A program made the translations under genes and the position numbers. Source: Felis catus (Eukaryota). From it: a DNA stretch of 64,000 nucleotides. Shown in pieces: positions 24,461 through 38,447 of the stretch. Below the pieces are notes generated by a model, which was given only the letters and a program-made list of their open reading frames with translations, was not told the origin of the DNA and ran no database searches. The DNA is taken from assembly GCF_018350175.1 (NCBI RefSeq), contig NC_058368.1, positions 158,908,001-158,972,000 on the forward strand, given 5' to 3'. Each line of letters starts with the position of its first letter. Position 1 is the stretch's first letter.

Positions 24461-26239
24461 TACCATTGCTTTAAATAAGGGACTGGCCTTTAGGGAAGAG
24501 GCCTTGTTACACTGCAGGTTTATTTCTTTGCAATCCATGTTTGAAAACAATATTATATAAGATCCTGATTCCTTCCACTTAAACTTGGCTAAGTAAAACT
24601 TGAAATGTAATAGAAACACCAATTTATATGACAAAAACCTGGTGTATTCGAAAGAACTATCTCTAAATTCTTTATCACCAACTGTGCTCAAGTTACTCTG
24701 TTCTCAGACAAATTAATCCAGGTAATTATAATGCTTTAAAATTTGGTGAATTACCATCCTCCATGGTTACATCATGAAAGATGTTAGGTAGTGCAACTAG
24801 TTCTCATTTACCAATAGGATTGCAGAATCCTCACTTTATCTTCATTTCATACTCCCAGCAATTCCATTTCATGGTTAATGGGGCATTCCTACAGTTTCTC
24901 AGTCTCTAAACAAGGGAAGATTAGTCATCTGACATGCCAGTTACTTGTGACAAAAAGATACGGTGTCTTTCTCTATTTTCCTGTCTCTCATCTATCTCTT
25001 ATCATAGACATGTGCCTTAAAGAAACCATATGATCATTATTTCAGGTTACAAAATGTGCAACAATCCTCCTTGTCATGCAAGTTACAGTGCACATTTCTA
25101 TTACATCATTCTCAGATAATAATTTAGAGGGAAATTGGCCAGAACTTTAAAATGGATTTCCATTTTTAACTATACCCTGCTTTATGTGAATTCCTAGCTC
25201 TGAGGACGTGGGTAGGCTTTGTGCTTATCAGTCCTTGGCTCCTATTGTGCTACATCCGTAGTTAGGTAATAAATCTCTGCCCAGGTGTAGAGTGAAGAAA
25301 TGATCAGATCTGGGGATGAGTACACTAGAAGAGGAGTCAAATTGCTTTTGTGTCAGAATCTTATGGCAAGATAAAAAAAAAAAAAAAAAAGATGAGCCAC
25401 TGGTTATTATCTGGGACACTAGTTGCTGACTTCTAAATTTGACAGTAAATCCCTATTTATTACTTTAAAATGTATGATTAATTTTAATGTTGACTGTTAG
25501 GGTATACTGCTTTTTATCACTTTTAATTAGAAATGTCATTTAAGAATTGGCACATAGATATTGATATAATATATAGCAAAAATGTGGAGTTTCTGAGTAC
25601 CTTTTTAAAAAAGCTGGGCCCACCATGGGGTTAACTCTAAGATTTCTAACAGAGCTCTGCTGAGGGGATTTTACTCCTTGATTCCAGTAATGATGAACCT
25701 AGTTTTTCACCCTGAGGAGAATGAGTGGGGGAAAAAAGGATGAAAGAGTAGAGCTGGTATGTCCTGATCAGTTAAGTTAATTAAAATTTACTGTTGGCAT
25801 CAGCACAAAGTAGGAAATACACAGAAAAGCCTGATGAACCTCTAATTTGGAACTTGGAGGGCCTAGAAACAGATCTGAAAGATGTAGTAAGAATGAAGAG
25901 GTGAGGATCCCTAAGTGGGCCTCAGGGCACAGGATGAATCCAAGAAATCTGTTTACTTATCAACTACTGGGAAGGGTATGGAAGCCATTTAAAATGGTGG
26001 AATTTCCTAAAATAAGTTTCAATTAGCAATCCACAGACAAAAATTCTGTTATGTTGTTGTGAGCTCATTAAACTTCATTCTAGCCTTATCTTGAGGGGTT
26101 TTTAAAAAGAGAAGCGTCAGTTTTCTAATAAGAGTTTAAAGGAAGTAAGGCTTGCTGATCCAGCCTCTCCCTAACTCCCCATTCAAGCTCATTAAAGTAG
26201 GTATCTATGTAAGGGTTACAACAGTGACAGAATCTTAAA

Positions 26240-26705
26240 GAGGAAGTATTGTGTTGTGGTAGGCTTGGATGTGGTATCAATAGGAGCTAGGTTGAATTCT
26301 GGTTCTGTCACTTACAAGTTACTCTTTGAGTTTCAGAGTCCTTATGGCTGAAATGGCACTAACAACACCTACTTCATGCTAGTATAGTGAAGATTAAATA
26401 TTAAATGAGACTACCTCCAGGCAACTGGATGGATTAGTCGGTTAATCATCCAACTCTTGATTATGCCTCAGGTCATGATCTCATGGTTCACAAGGTCAAG
26501 TCCCATGTCTGGCTGTGCACTGGCAGAGCTTTCTTGGGATTCTCTCTCTCCTGCTTTTTCTGCCCCTCCCCCACTTGTGTGTGTGTTCTCTCCTCTCTTT
26601 CAAAATAAATGAACATTAAAATAAATAAGACGACACATATAAAACACTGAGTAAAGTACTTAACATAGAGCAGGTACTCAATAAGAGGTGGCAATTATTA
26701 TTTAC
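26240..26705 (+). mobile_element. MIR interrupted by a CanSINE
   Basis: GGTTGAATTCTGGTTCTGTCACTTA...GAAGATTAAAT before the SINE and GTAAAGTACTTAACATAG...GTACTCAATAA after it. Confidence 0.7.
26415..26628 (+). mobile_element. CanSINE
   Basis: TCAGGTCATGATCTCATGGTTC core and CAAAATAAATGAACATTAAAA tail. Confidence 0.88.
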
Positions 26706-29249
26706 TTCATCTGTGTAGTTATAGCTGGAACCAAGGTTTTCATCCATGGTTTTTCAAATAATAGAAGTGTAATTCAAAATCTGGAGTGGGGACCAGGAAT
26801 TTGTATTTTGATTCTGAAGATTTTGATGTACCAAAGTGTTAAGAACATTTGTAACTTGTGACATCTCCTTGAACCTCGGCCATACTCTGCTGTGAAGATA
26901 CCAGCTGCTTACAGGCCCTCAGAATGCTGCAGTGGGTGATGGCCAGCCTCCTTATACCCACATGTATAGCTTGTCTGTAGTCGTGAAGGTAAGAGGAAAA
27001 TCTGGGTTCTATCCTTTAAAAAAGAGATTCTTGAAACACAGAATAAAGCTTCTCTTACTGGAAACAGGTATCTGTTTTCCAAAGGCTTTCCCTAATGTTT
27101 ATCTGAAAGTTATATCTTCTGTAAAACTATTGTTGCTTGTTAGGTACATGGGACTAAGTGTCATTCGCTCTGCTGTTATCTCTCCCCATCCCTGGTCCCA
27201 TACTCCCTATAGCAACCCTGTCTTCATCTTTCCCAACATATAATCCCTGAGTACTCGAGGGGTTAATCTATTAAGCCAGTTCAGCACAATAACTGAATCC
27301 AAAATTTCTAAAAATGGGCTGTTAGAATTTAATGCCTTTACTGTATCACAGGCATTGGATGTTACATAATTCATGCCTATGAGTGATGGTTTGTGTCCTC
27401 ATTTACAAATGTCAACATAACTGCCCATCCTCAAAAAGCGTTCATCTTCTTTACCTGGACAGAAATACATTAAGATTGCTGCAGTGGCATAAACTGGGTT
27501 TCTTTCCCCAGAGAAGAATGGAAAGGAAGGGATGGAATCATGATCTATTTAGAGGCTAGAATGGACAGGAATTGACTGAGAAAGGGAGAGAGATTATTGA
27601 GATTAACATTCAAGTTTCAAGATGAATCCATAGGCTAGATTTAGTGGCTATAAAATATGATGTAATTTTAGAATATATCTCTGTCCCCCTCACTTAGACT
27701 ACCCAAATATCCTTTCTATCCACACTGATATGTGCAGCTCATGGTAAAAAGGACAAAACTTCTTTCACAGACCAGTATTGCATTTCCAGCCATTCTGCCT
27801 GATTGGACATGATAGTCTCCGGGTGAAGGATGGTCATGTATCTGAAGGAGTCAGGCAGATAAAATATTTCAGTTCCATCTATTTGGTCCCAGAAGTGACG
27901 CTAATCTTAAGACTTTAAGAACACAATCAAGCTGTTTTTTAGTTGGTTAATTGCTCAATTCTACCATAAAAAAAATATTAGTAGGTATTGGAGAGCCTCA
28001 CCATGTTACTATAGATGCACATTTGCAAATAGGCAGTTTTCTAGTAAGGAATGCCAATTTGTGAATTCTAGATCACTGTATTGACCCTAACTTCAACTAA
28101 ACAATAAAATAGCAATTGAATTTTATTCCCACTCAATTACAGTAGCAAGACAAAACATGTAATTTTCAAAAACAAGCACAGGCATGAAATCTGGAAATTT
28201 AGCAAATATCAGAACCTGGTAGAAAATATCTTTTTCAGAATGTATAAGTAATAACATACTCTGCAAAATCTATGCCCTTTATCTTTTTCTTTAATTCATT
28301 TATTCTCCAGAGTAGAACACTTGAAAGGTCAGAATATATAAGAATTTATTTACTAGATGCATCTACAAAGCAAAGTCATATAGTGCCTCCTTTCATCCCT
28401 AACAAATGCTAATGGTACTGACATTCAGTTGGTATGACTTTGCTTTTCTTAGTGTTATCTTCTTCCTTAAGCAATTTGCTGTGTCATCTCATTATAGTCA
28501 TGGCTTGAAAGAGGAACCTAATTCTAAAGCTTGAAGTGGTTTATTGATCCTAAAAGATGAGGTAATCCACTGTCAGACAAATTCAAACCTCCAAAAAACA
28601 AAACTCGAAACTATGCTTTTGTTATGAAACAATTTGTAATGGAAGTATCAAAATTCTGTCCCTTGCTTAGCATCTTCAAAATAACTTGTTCAGATTAAAA
28701 TCTAATCCTTAAAATTCATTCTGAATCATTCTCCTCACCTATCTCCTTAAGCAATGGTAAGATCCTTCCATTTGTATAACAGTGGTAATTACTGCTAATT
28801 GTCCTAATAACGTTAACTAAACCTAATTCATTCCTGTCATTGTACCTCCTATCATGTGATTAATGTCAGGAGTTGGGGATGTTGTATATGTTAAATACCT
28901 TCTTAAAGGTTATACTGTGGAAATGTGAGGGAAAGCTGTGTGGCAGTGAGATAGCACCTAATTATAGGACTGACACAGAATGACCAAACAGTAAAAGGAC
29001 TTATACATAATCTAAATCACTCAGAGTGAATGAAATTATCATTTTGTTTCAGGAACATGTGGATGAATATTTATAGTTGAGATAGGTAGCAATTGAATGG
29101 AATCTTGAATCTCTTTATTAATTCTAGTTGGAAGATAGCATCAGAAAAGATGTAATCAGTTTTTCTTTATGTGATCTCAGTCTTGAAATATTTTCTCCAC
29201 AAATACTCCTTTGGGTAGAGTTTTGTGCTGTTGAAACTAACAAAAAACA

Positions 29250-29480
29250 GCTTTCTGAGCACTTAGTACCTGCCAGCCACTGTTTTAGGAAATATGTAAG
29301 TATTATTTCATTTTATTCTTATAGAAGATCCATTTATTATCCTATGTTATTGGTAAGGAAACTGACAGAGAGGTTCAGTAATTTGCCCAACATCATGCAG
29401 GTAAGAAGTGCCAAAACAATTGAACTTTTACAAAGGAGACCAAACAATCTTTCTTAACAACTATACTATACTGATTCATC
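29250..29480 (-). mobile_element. MIR
   Basis: TAAGGAAACTGACAGAGAGGTTCAGTAATTTGCCCAACATCATGCAG core. Confidence 0.7.
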
Positions 29481-30964
29481 TTAAAACAAAATCCAGTTTG
29501 GATTGTAAGTCAGACTGAATAAGATTTTGACAGAAGGAGATGGCAGGGCAAAAATAAGAGGCATGTTGAGCTAATGAAATAGCATGAGAAATTATAAGAA
29601 AAGAGAAAAATACAGAGCATATTCAGGAAAAAATGAGAAGTGTGGGGGGATGGAGAGAGAAAAATGTTTATGAATTACATAAAGCAAACACACAGGCTCT
29701 GTAATGAAATGGAAGTGGACAGCCAAGGCAATTGGAGAATAGCAGCAGCAGCTAAGAACCGATGGGCAATAGAGCCCATTTTAGTATGATATGCATGACG
29801 TGGGGTTTTTGGTCTTGACTGAGAGATGTCACAGTGGCATGTTCAAGTTTTCATACTGGTCATCTTGGCCCCCCAACATTTGATCTCTTGTTTATTATTT
29901 AAGCTGATCACCCTAAGCCCTCTCAAATACATTTTTCCTGTCTAGGAAAGGATTCTTAAGAATATGCCAATGCATTCTCCACTCAGACTAACAACAGATG
30001 TTAGAAAGTAGCTCACGCCTGGAGAAAGAACCCATAACCAGCTGTTTCATAGCTGTAATTACAACCTTAATAAATGAATCATTTCCTTCAGTTGGCACTA
30101 GTTGGGGTCTGAGCATAGCATTCTGTGGGTTAGCAGTTCTGGAAGCGTTTCTCTGTCTACTGATGGTGCTTTAACATGGAGCTTTGAGAACTCAGGCACA
30201 TAACAAAAATGGCCCTGACTGTGTATAAATAGAAGTTTAGCGATTGTTGGTGAGCTCATATGAGAAGGAAGAAGTCATCAAGTCCTTGGTAATATAATTG
30301 ACTTGACTTATTAGGTTGTAGCTTTGAATTTAAAAATCAAACTATAAAACATAATCTGCTGTACAGTGTGCTAATTAACCAGCTGGACCAGCTTTTATAG
30401 ACTTAATTTTACAGATTTCCTTGAGGACCTAATCTAGTTTGGTGACTCAGAGCTGTATCTCCCTCCTGCTAAGTCTTAATAATCATGGCTCCTGTTTTTT
30501 TTCCTTGGGATGTCAGAAACCTCATCTTTGTGTCTTTTGTTAGATGATATCCTTTCCACATAGAAATCCCTTTATTGATATTGATATTAGACAATGCATT
30601 ATAAAATCATAGATTTTGCTACTTGACCTACGTAACTCTTTCTCTGTTGTGATTAATGCTCATATTTCAGAGTAATGAATCATATTCGAAAGAAACCCAT
30701 GCTAGGTTGTAATAGGAGAGATAGAAACAAGTAATAATAGGGGCTGGATTGAAGAAAAGAACGTGGGCTTGTTAGAAAAGCAAAGATTAAGTGGGAAATC
30801 AATTAGTTGCAAGCTTTTTAACAATTGTAGCAGTGGGTGATATAAAAGAAAAAAAAGGGAGCAAACAATAAAAATCTTGTTATCTTCTCAACTTTCAGTT
30901 TACAAACCAACGCAGCTAGAGAGACTACTATAACAATAGCAACAACATAAAGCCTTAAAATGAC

Positions 30965-31358
30965 ATTTTAAAAATTGAACTCTAGTTGACAATGCTATGT
31001 TAGGTTCAAGTGTACAACATAGTGACTCATATCTTTATATATATAATGCCATGTTCACCTAAGTGTAGCTGCCATCTATCACCATGCAATACTATTAAAA
31101 TACCTTTGACTATATTCCCTGTGTTGTGCCTTTTATCCCCATGATGTATCCATTCCTTAACTAGAAACCTGTACTTTCTATTCCTCTTCACCCATTTTGT
31201 CCATCTCCCTAGCCCGCTTCCCTTCAGGCAACCAACAGTTTGTTCTCTGTATTTATGTGTCTGTTTGTGCAAATTTTTGTTTATTCATTTGTTTTGTTTT
31301 AGATTCCACATATAAGTGAAATCATGGTGAAGTAAGTCAGAAAAGGATAAACACAATA
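30965..31358 (-). mobile_element. L1 3' fragment (carnivore L1) with a short terminal inversion
   Basis: TTCAAGTGTACAACATAGTGACTC...GATTCCACATATAAGTGAAATCAT followed by ~32 bp of the adjacent L1 sequence in opposite orientation. Confidence 0.85.
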
Positions 31359-32214
31359 ACTTTTTTAATGAAGATAATATATGCTTTTTATAGGAAATTT
31401 ATAAACTATAAAAGAAAAAAGTAACCAAGAGATTACTATTCTGACTATTTAAATGTATTATAGCCCTTTTCTGCTCAAAATTTTCTACTTCTTTGTAGTC
31501 ATCCTGTGTATAAAATTTTGTATTCTCCTTATTTTCCTATCATTATCCCACATTTTCTTAACATAAATCTGAAAACAACATCTGTGTAACTTTTATTGAT
31601 GTTTTTTCTATCAACAAAATTAATACTTATAGAAAAATTTAGAGCATAAAGAATAAAAGCTACTGATGCTGTTGGTAGTGTATGCATGTATAAATTTATA
31701 CTAATTCTATAATCTGTTTATGTATATCATATATGTGATCACATTGTCATTATTTTGCAATATGCTTTTTATAATTTAACAATACACTATGAATATTTTT
31801 ACATATATGTGTATATAGGTATTATTTTAGTAAATATATAGGATTCTATTTATAGGCATTCTATAATTGATTTGACCAATCCTCTACTATTGGCCTTTAA
31901 TATGGCTTCCAAATGTTTATGTTTATATAATGATGCAATAAAAATCCCTATGACTATTTTTTCATTTCTTATTTTTTAAAAATTAATCTGTAGAATCTGT
32001 AAGTTCATACCAATTAATAGAATTTACTCCAACCCCATGTTGCATATGATAGTAGTAGGGTGATTCTTTTGATCTTATCCAATTTAATAGGTGGATATTA
32101 TTGCCTTATATTCATTTCATATTGTGATATTTTTCATATAATTATTACATATTTATATATTACTATTTCTTTTGTAAATGGTCTATTTTTATTTTTACAT
32201 TGAGGGATAAATCA

Positions 32215-32392
32215 TGTTTTTAAAAATGTTTATGTATTTTGAGAGAGACAGAGGGAAACAGAGAATCCTAAGCAGCCTCTGCACTGTCAGCATAGTGACC
32301 AACATGGGGCTTGATCTCATGCACGTTGAGATCATGACCTGAGCCGAAATCAAGAGTCAGATGCTTAACTGACTGAGCCACTGAGATGCCTC
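32215..32392 (-). mobile_element. CanSINE
   Basis: GAGATCATGACCTGAGCCGAAATCAAGAGTCAG core; degenerate TSD GGATAAATCA / GGATAAGTCA. Confidence 0.9.
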
Positions 32393-33006
32393 AGGATAAG
32401 TCACTTTGTAAATTTAATCAATTTAAATTAATGAATTAAAAATTTCAATTTATAATTGTTATTTTGTACTTTACATGATATCATATATATTTCCCATAAT
32501 CCAGGAAAGGACTTTTGTTATTGCCTCCAAATTTTTGTTCAAGATTCAAAGCTGATGTCATATGGAAAAGCACCACTATGTTTTTAACAGAGAGAATAGA
32601 TACACCCAATACATCTTTAGGGTGGAGTTTTTCAGAGGCTTTTCTCTATCAAGAGAACCCAGAAATTCATTTTTGATTTATGAGCAGAAAATACTTTGAA
32701 AGGGCTTTGGAAAGAGTAGAGAAAAATATGTTGCTTCTCCTCTTGTTCCAGTTTTCATGCTGAATGAAGACAATACCAAGAGGGCTTGAATGCATCCTTA
32801 GAGTTTGTGGGGCATAAATAATGGAAAATCTGGAACAGATCTGTACTTTCGTGATGAGAATAACTGGTAGATGTAGAGCCCTTGGATATATTTCAGGTGT
32901 ATTTATTAATCATGACATAATGCTTTGCTTAATACCCTAACATGTAATATGGTTTTATATCCTACAATTTATTATTGCAATTTGATAAAGCTGAATTGTG
33001 AATAAG

Positions 33007-33675
33007 TGTCTTATTTTGTGTTTCTGTGGTAATAATTTACCATTGTACTGCCTTAAAACAATGTAATTTTCTAAAAATGTTTATTGATTTATTTTGAGAG
33101 ACAAAGAGAGTGTGTGAACAGAGGGAAGGGTAGAGAGAGAAGTGAGAGAGAATCCCGAGCAGGCTCCCAGTGCAGAGCCTGACACAGGGCTCGAGCTTAT
33201 TAACAGTGAGATCCTGACATCAGCTGAAAACAAGAGTCAGTGCTTAACAGACTTAGCCACTCAGGTACACCTAAAACAATCCAAATTTATTATCTTAGTT
33301 TTGGAGGTCAGATGTTCAACACAGGCCTCACTGGGCTAATATGCTGTTAGCAGGATTGATTCCTCCTGAAGCCCTTAGAGTCCAAAATTCTGTTTCCATG
33401 CCTTTTCATTCAAGTGATTACCTGCCTTCCTTGGTTCATGGCCCCATTCCTCCATCTTCAAAACCAGCAATGTAGCATTTCTGACCCAGCCTGGAAAAGT
33501 TCTCCACTTATAAGGATTCATGTGAATAGATAGGGTCTATCCGGATAATCTTCCCATTCCTAGCTCCTTGATGACCCTTTTCACATCTCCAGAGTTCCTT
33601 TTGCCATAAAAGGTAACATATTCACATGTTCTGTGGCTTAGGATGTCGGTATCTTGGGAAGGGAGGCCTACCACA
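33007..33675 (-). mobile_element. MaLR LTR (MLT1A/B/C-like) interrupted by a CanSINE
   Basis: TTCCTTGGTTCATGGCCCCATTCCTCCATCTTCAAAACCAGCAA...AAGGTAACATATTCACATGTTCTG...CCTACCACA. Confidence 0.8.
33068..33272 (-). mobile_element. CanSINE
   Basis: Typical body; TAAAACAAT on both flanks. Confidence 0.88.
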
Positions 33676-34654
33676 GAAGGAAAGAAAACATTGCTATCTT
33701 TAAAGCTTGTCCCTGATGACCTTGAAGACTAACACCTTACTTTTCTCTTTTGTTTCAAAACAACTTTCTTAAAAGAATTATCACTATTTGTTTCCTCTAT
33801 TTTTTGTTTCACTCTCAGTGTTTGATATCGTTAATTAATATAACTGAATTCCATGAACATACTAAAAATGTTTTTTCCAAGTCCTGCATTGACCACTTAG
33901 TCTCAAACTTGATTTTTTTTTCCCTCTGTGTGTCAATGTGCCTGAGAAACTAGCAGGTTGGTACATATTTTCCATAATAGACGGGAAGAATGGAGCCTGA
34001 TGCCTAGGTCAGAATATAGCATCTAGCTGCTATTCCCTGTCAGATGTAACTTACCTCCTCACCTCTTGATGACCTGCTCTTCCACTCCTGTAGAAGTGTG
34101 GCATACTTTCCTGATGATTTATTTCCCTTACCTGAGTTTGAAACTCTCTACCTTCAAACTCTTTCTCCTGAAGTTTACCTTTTCTTGCATCATCTAGCCA
34201 GTACTGGACAGATTGGAATAATGACTTTATTTTACATGGAGTACTCCTTCTAATTGTTAAGAGCTTCATGTTATTTTTGCATACCTTATTACCACAATAA
34301 CCAAATTCTTTGATTCTTGCTTTGATGCTTTCTCCTGAAGTTTACCTTTTTTTTTGGAGCATGTTCTTTTTTGTGACACCTGCCCATCTTTAACTACTTG
34401 AACATTCTCAGCTGTCTGTTCTTCATGTTTGGGAGTACTAAGCCAGGGGCTCCTTTTTTTTCTGGTAAATAATTCTGAGGACAACAGCTTTTCCTAAAGT
34501 AACCTTAAATTGGTCACTCTGTTTATACAGTCTACAAAACTATAGCTGTAGAGCACTACTCTAAAGAGACTACATATTGGACAGTATGGAAGCTGGCCTA
34601 GTTCTGAGTCAGGGTAATCTCTAGTGGACACAACTCATCCTTCTCCTTTGTCAT

Positions 34655-34873
34655 GTGTTGTTGTTGTTTTTTTTAAATTTATTTATTTATTTTGAGAGAA
34701 AGAGGGGTGTGGGGAGAAGAGGGGCAAAGAGAGAGAGGAAGAGAGAATCCAAAGTTGGCTCCTTGCTGTCAGTGAGGAGCTGGATGCAGGGCTTGATCCC
34801 ACGAATGAAGAGATCATGACCTGAGTCGAAATCAAAAGTCAGACACTTAACCAACTGAGCCAACCAGGTGCCA
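34655..34873 (-). mobile_element. CanSINE
   Basis: GAGATCATGACCTGAGTCGAAATCAAAAGTCAG core. Confidence 0.9.
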
Positions 34874-34875
34874 TT

Positions 34876-35060
34876 GTTTTTTTTTTTTTTTTTTTTTCCC
34901 ATTTAATTGTAGTAAAATGTATGTAATATAAAATTTACCATCTTAAACTTTTTTAAGTGTATATAGCTCAGTAGTGTTAAGTACATTGATATTGTTGTGT
35001 AACCAATCTCCAGAACGCTTCATCTTGCTAAATTAAAACTCTATACCCATTAAACACTGA
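34876..35060 (-). mobile_element. L1MB-like 3' end fragment
   Basis: Poly(T) then AATTGTAGTAAAA...AAAATTTACCATCTTAA...AAACTCTATACCCATTAAAC. Confidence 0.75.
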
Positions 35061-35464
35061 TTATTTTTGATAGTAGTCATCCTCGGACATGAAACGGTAT
35101 TACTGGGATTTGAATCCACATCTGTTTGTCTGAGTTGCATATTTTGAATGCTGATGTTCCCTCAGATCCTGTGTGCCTGATGTCTTTCAGGTTTCTGTTG
35201 GATTCAGTTATAAAACACTTGAATTCAACTCTACGTATTTATTTTTGTCACTAGAAACTCTATCCATTGCTCCCACAGTTAGAGCAGTGATGGGAATTAA
35301 CCAAATTCTCAGCATTCTGTGGTCTAGCACATTTGTTCTTCTCCTTCACTCATTAAACACATATGTTTTGAGTGCTTATGTGATGTGCTAGATCTGGTGT
35401 TTGGAACACAGCAGAGAAAAGAGACTAGCTCATTGCTTTCATTGACTTTCTCCCCCTCCCCCCT

Positions 35465-35890
35465 CTTTACTGAGATAAAATTGACAAATTATATGTATAT
35501 TTAAAGTATACAATGTGATGTTTTAATAGGTGTATATATTGTGAAATGATAACCTCAATTAAGGAAATTAACATTTGGTTGTGTGTGTTAAGAACATTGG
35601 AGATCTATAATGCAATGTATTATACATTACATGAAGTCTTCAGAACTTATCTTGCAATTGAAAGGTTGTACCTTTGCACCAAAATCTCTCAATTTATCCC
35701 AGCACCAGTCCTTGGTAATGACCATTCTCACTAATCTGACTTTTTTAAGATTTTATACATAAATGAGATCATGAAATATTTATCTTTCCTTTCTGTGTCT
35801 GGTTTATTTTGCTTACCAGAATGTTCTCCAGGTTCATCTGTGTTGTTGCAAATGGCAGAATTTCCTTCCTTTTTAAGGCTGAATAACATA
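35465..35890 (-). mobile_element. L1MA-like 3' end fragment
   Basis: TACAATGTGATGTTTT...GAGATCATGAAATATTT...GGCAGAATTTCCTTCCTTTTTAAGGCTGAATA. Confidence 0.8.
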
Positions 35891-36514
35891 ATCTACATAA
35901 TGACTTACTGATCTCTCCATTGATGCTGTGCAAAAAAGTGCTTAGTCAGAAACAACTGAGGATGCCTTAATCTTTGAATGCTATACAGGGTTGGAAAAGG
36001 AGGAGGGTATTGTGTCAGGCTGAAGGTGGAGATGAAGCACACCTTGGCATAAGGGTGCTTTATCTCTTCCTCTTCTCAATATCTTTTCCACTGCTAGTGG
36101 CCCATAAAGGTGTTATGTCCTTAAAATTTTCTCTGAATGTGATGCTGTCTCTTCAAGTTTGTCAAGTCTAAAATTAGCTCATACTTCTAATATCTTTTTC
36201 TTTCAAGGTATTATTACATTTGCTCAGTCTTCATACATTGAAGTTATTTTTTATCTTCTTTATTCAATTGACCAATCATTTATTGTTGATTTGTCTTTAT
36301 TGATATCCTATATATTGAAGTCCACTGTGGAACATAACTGTGGTCAAAGTTAGGTTTATTTACTTTGCAGCAAGGGAGACTCTAGAAAAACTTCAGAAAT
36401 ATTTTAGTGAAGGGAGTTGGATGGGTTTTTTGTTGGTTTGGGCTTGTTCTGGATGATTCTGAGGAGGTATTAGGGAAGTACACTCTTGTTCTCAAATACT
36501 ATCAAGAAGAGGAC

Positions 36515-36987
36515 ATTAATTACATCAAGTGGGATAAGTCACATATAGAAAGACAAAAAATGTAGGATTTCACTTATATGTGGAATCTAAAAATAGGTGA
36601 ACACATAGAAATAGAGTAGAATGATGGCTACCGGGGGCTAGTTGGGGGTGTGTGTATAAAAGATTATGCAGATTTTTTTTAAGGGTAAAAACTTGCAATT
36701 AGAAGATGAATAAGATCTGGAGATCTAATGCCAGCATAGTGAATATACTCAACAATACTATATTAGAAAACTGAAATTTGCTAAGAGACTAGATTTTATT
36801 TTCACCACAAAAAAAAAAGAAAGGGAAAGAAAAGAAAGAAGGAAAAAAAATGAATTATGGGACCTAACAGGTGTTGGCTATTCCCATGATGGTAATCATG
36901 CTGTAATACATAAATGTATCAAACTTACAAGCTATACTTCTTAAACTTATGTTGTATGGCAATTACATCTCAATAAAAAAAAAAACA
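36515..36987 (+). mobile_element. L1 3' end with polyA signal and tail
   Basis: TTTCACTTATATGTGGAATCTAAAAA...CAATTACATCTCAATAAAAAAAAAAA. Confidence 0.85.
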
Positions 36988-37594
36988 ATGGCATTCAGTA
37001 ATTGGGATTCTTAATCATTTTTATCTGAAAGGGGGAATTAAATGCTGATAGAATTATCATTGGTAAAGAAATAGCAACCCTTAAAGAAAGGAAATATTAA
37101 TCAGATGAGGGGAAACAGCTATTTTGTGGTCAAGTAGCTTAGCCTATGCCTTGCACTCAACATGGTGATAGACTGACATGAGAGTTTTCCATTTCTGTTG
37201 TGAACATTGCAGTCTGTTTCTAATTGTGTTAATATCCATTTATTTCCCTCCTTTGCCTCACTTTCATCCCCAACTGAACATAGTCCCTCATGTCTGGACA
37301 ACAAGAGTGATCATCTCACTTGTTACTCTGCATTTCTTACTCTACATACTCCATTCTGTCCTTCACACCATTGCTGAATCAGTGAACAATGCTTTGACAT
37401 TCTTGTTCCACTGCTCAAATTAATTAAATTTCCCATGTTTACAAAAAGAAGTCCATGCTCTTTTTCCAATCAACCCTTTCAAGCCATTTCCCCAGGCCTC
37501 CTTGACTTTTCTCTATATTAGTCTTTAATTTGAGTATATTATTTGCATTTTATTCTTGTTGTTAGTGATTGCTTGACATGCTATATAAAAATGT

Positions 37595-37754
37595 ATAGGG
37601 AAGGTGGGGGGGGTGGATAGGTGAAATAAGTGATGGGGATTAAGTGGTGCACTTGTGATGCATCCTGGGTTATGTATGGAATTGTAAATCACTATGTTGT
37701 GCAGCTAAAAAAATATAACACTGTATGTTAACCAAAGTGGAATTAAAATAAAAT
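37595..37754 (+). mobile_element. Carnivore L1 extreme 3' end
   Basis: GGTGAAATAAGTGATGGGGATTAAG...ATAACACTGTATGTTAACC...GAATTAAAATAAAA. Confidence 0.8.
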
Positions 37755-38219
37755 AGTATATTCTTCAACTTTAAAATGACTTACTCAATCCAGAAGGGAT
37801 ATGACTACTAGTTTCTTAAAGGGGTTGTGATACAGGTTGTTAATGGACCCATTTTGAAAAACATCATTTTGTGAATTTGTTCATATCATTCCCTTTCTCT
37901 GGAAGACACTTCAGTTATCTAAGTTGATCACTCTATAAAGTCTATTTAAAAAACCTGTCTCTAACTGCCTAACTTCAGAGCTACTCAGAGTCAGAAGTGT
38001 TAAAGTATTCATTGCATGTATCACATTATTTCTTTGGTATTCACCCATTAAAACATGTAAGTACTTTGAAGGTAAAGGCCTTGCTTAGGCATCTTTCTAT
38101 CTCCTATAACATCAAGGACAGAGTGTTATAAATAGTAGGTATTCATTGAACATTTTGTTAATGAAGAGTAATATGATCCATTGATATTACTAAATCTGGA
38201 CTTAAAAAATAATTTTGAA

Positions 38220-38432
38220 AGTTTTTTTTTTACATGTATATTTACTTACTTTGATAAAGAGACGGAGAAGTTGAGTGGGGAGGGGCAGAGAGAGGAGGAG
38301 AGAGAATCTCAAGCAGTCTTTGCTCTGTCAACACAGAGCCCAATGCAGGGCTCCCACCCATGAACTGTGAGATCATGACCTGAGCCAAAATCAAGAGTTG
38401 GGCGCTAAACTGCCTGAGCCATTCAGGTGCTA
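38220..38432 (-). mobile_element. CanSINE
   Basis: Complete body with GAGATCATGACCTGAGCCAAAATCAAGAG. Confidence 0.9.
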
Positions 38433-38447
38433 CTAAAAAATTATTTT

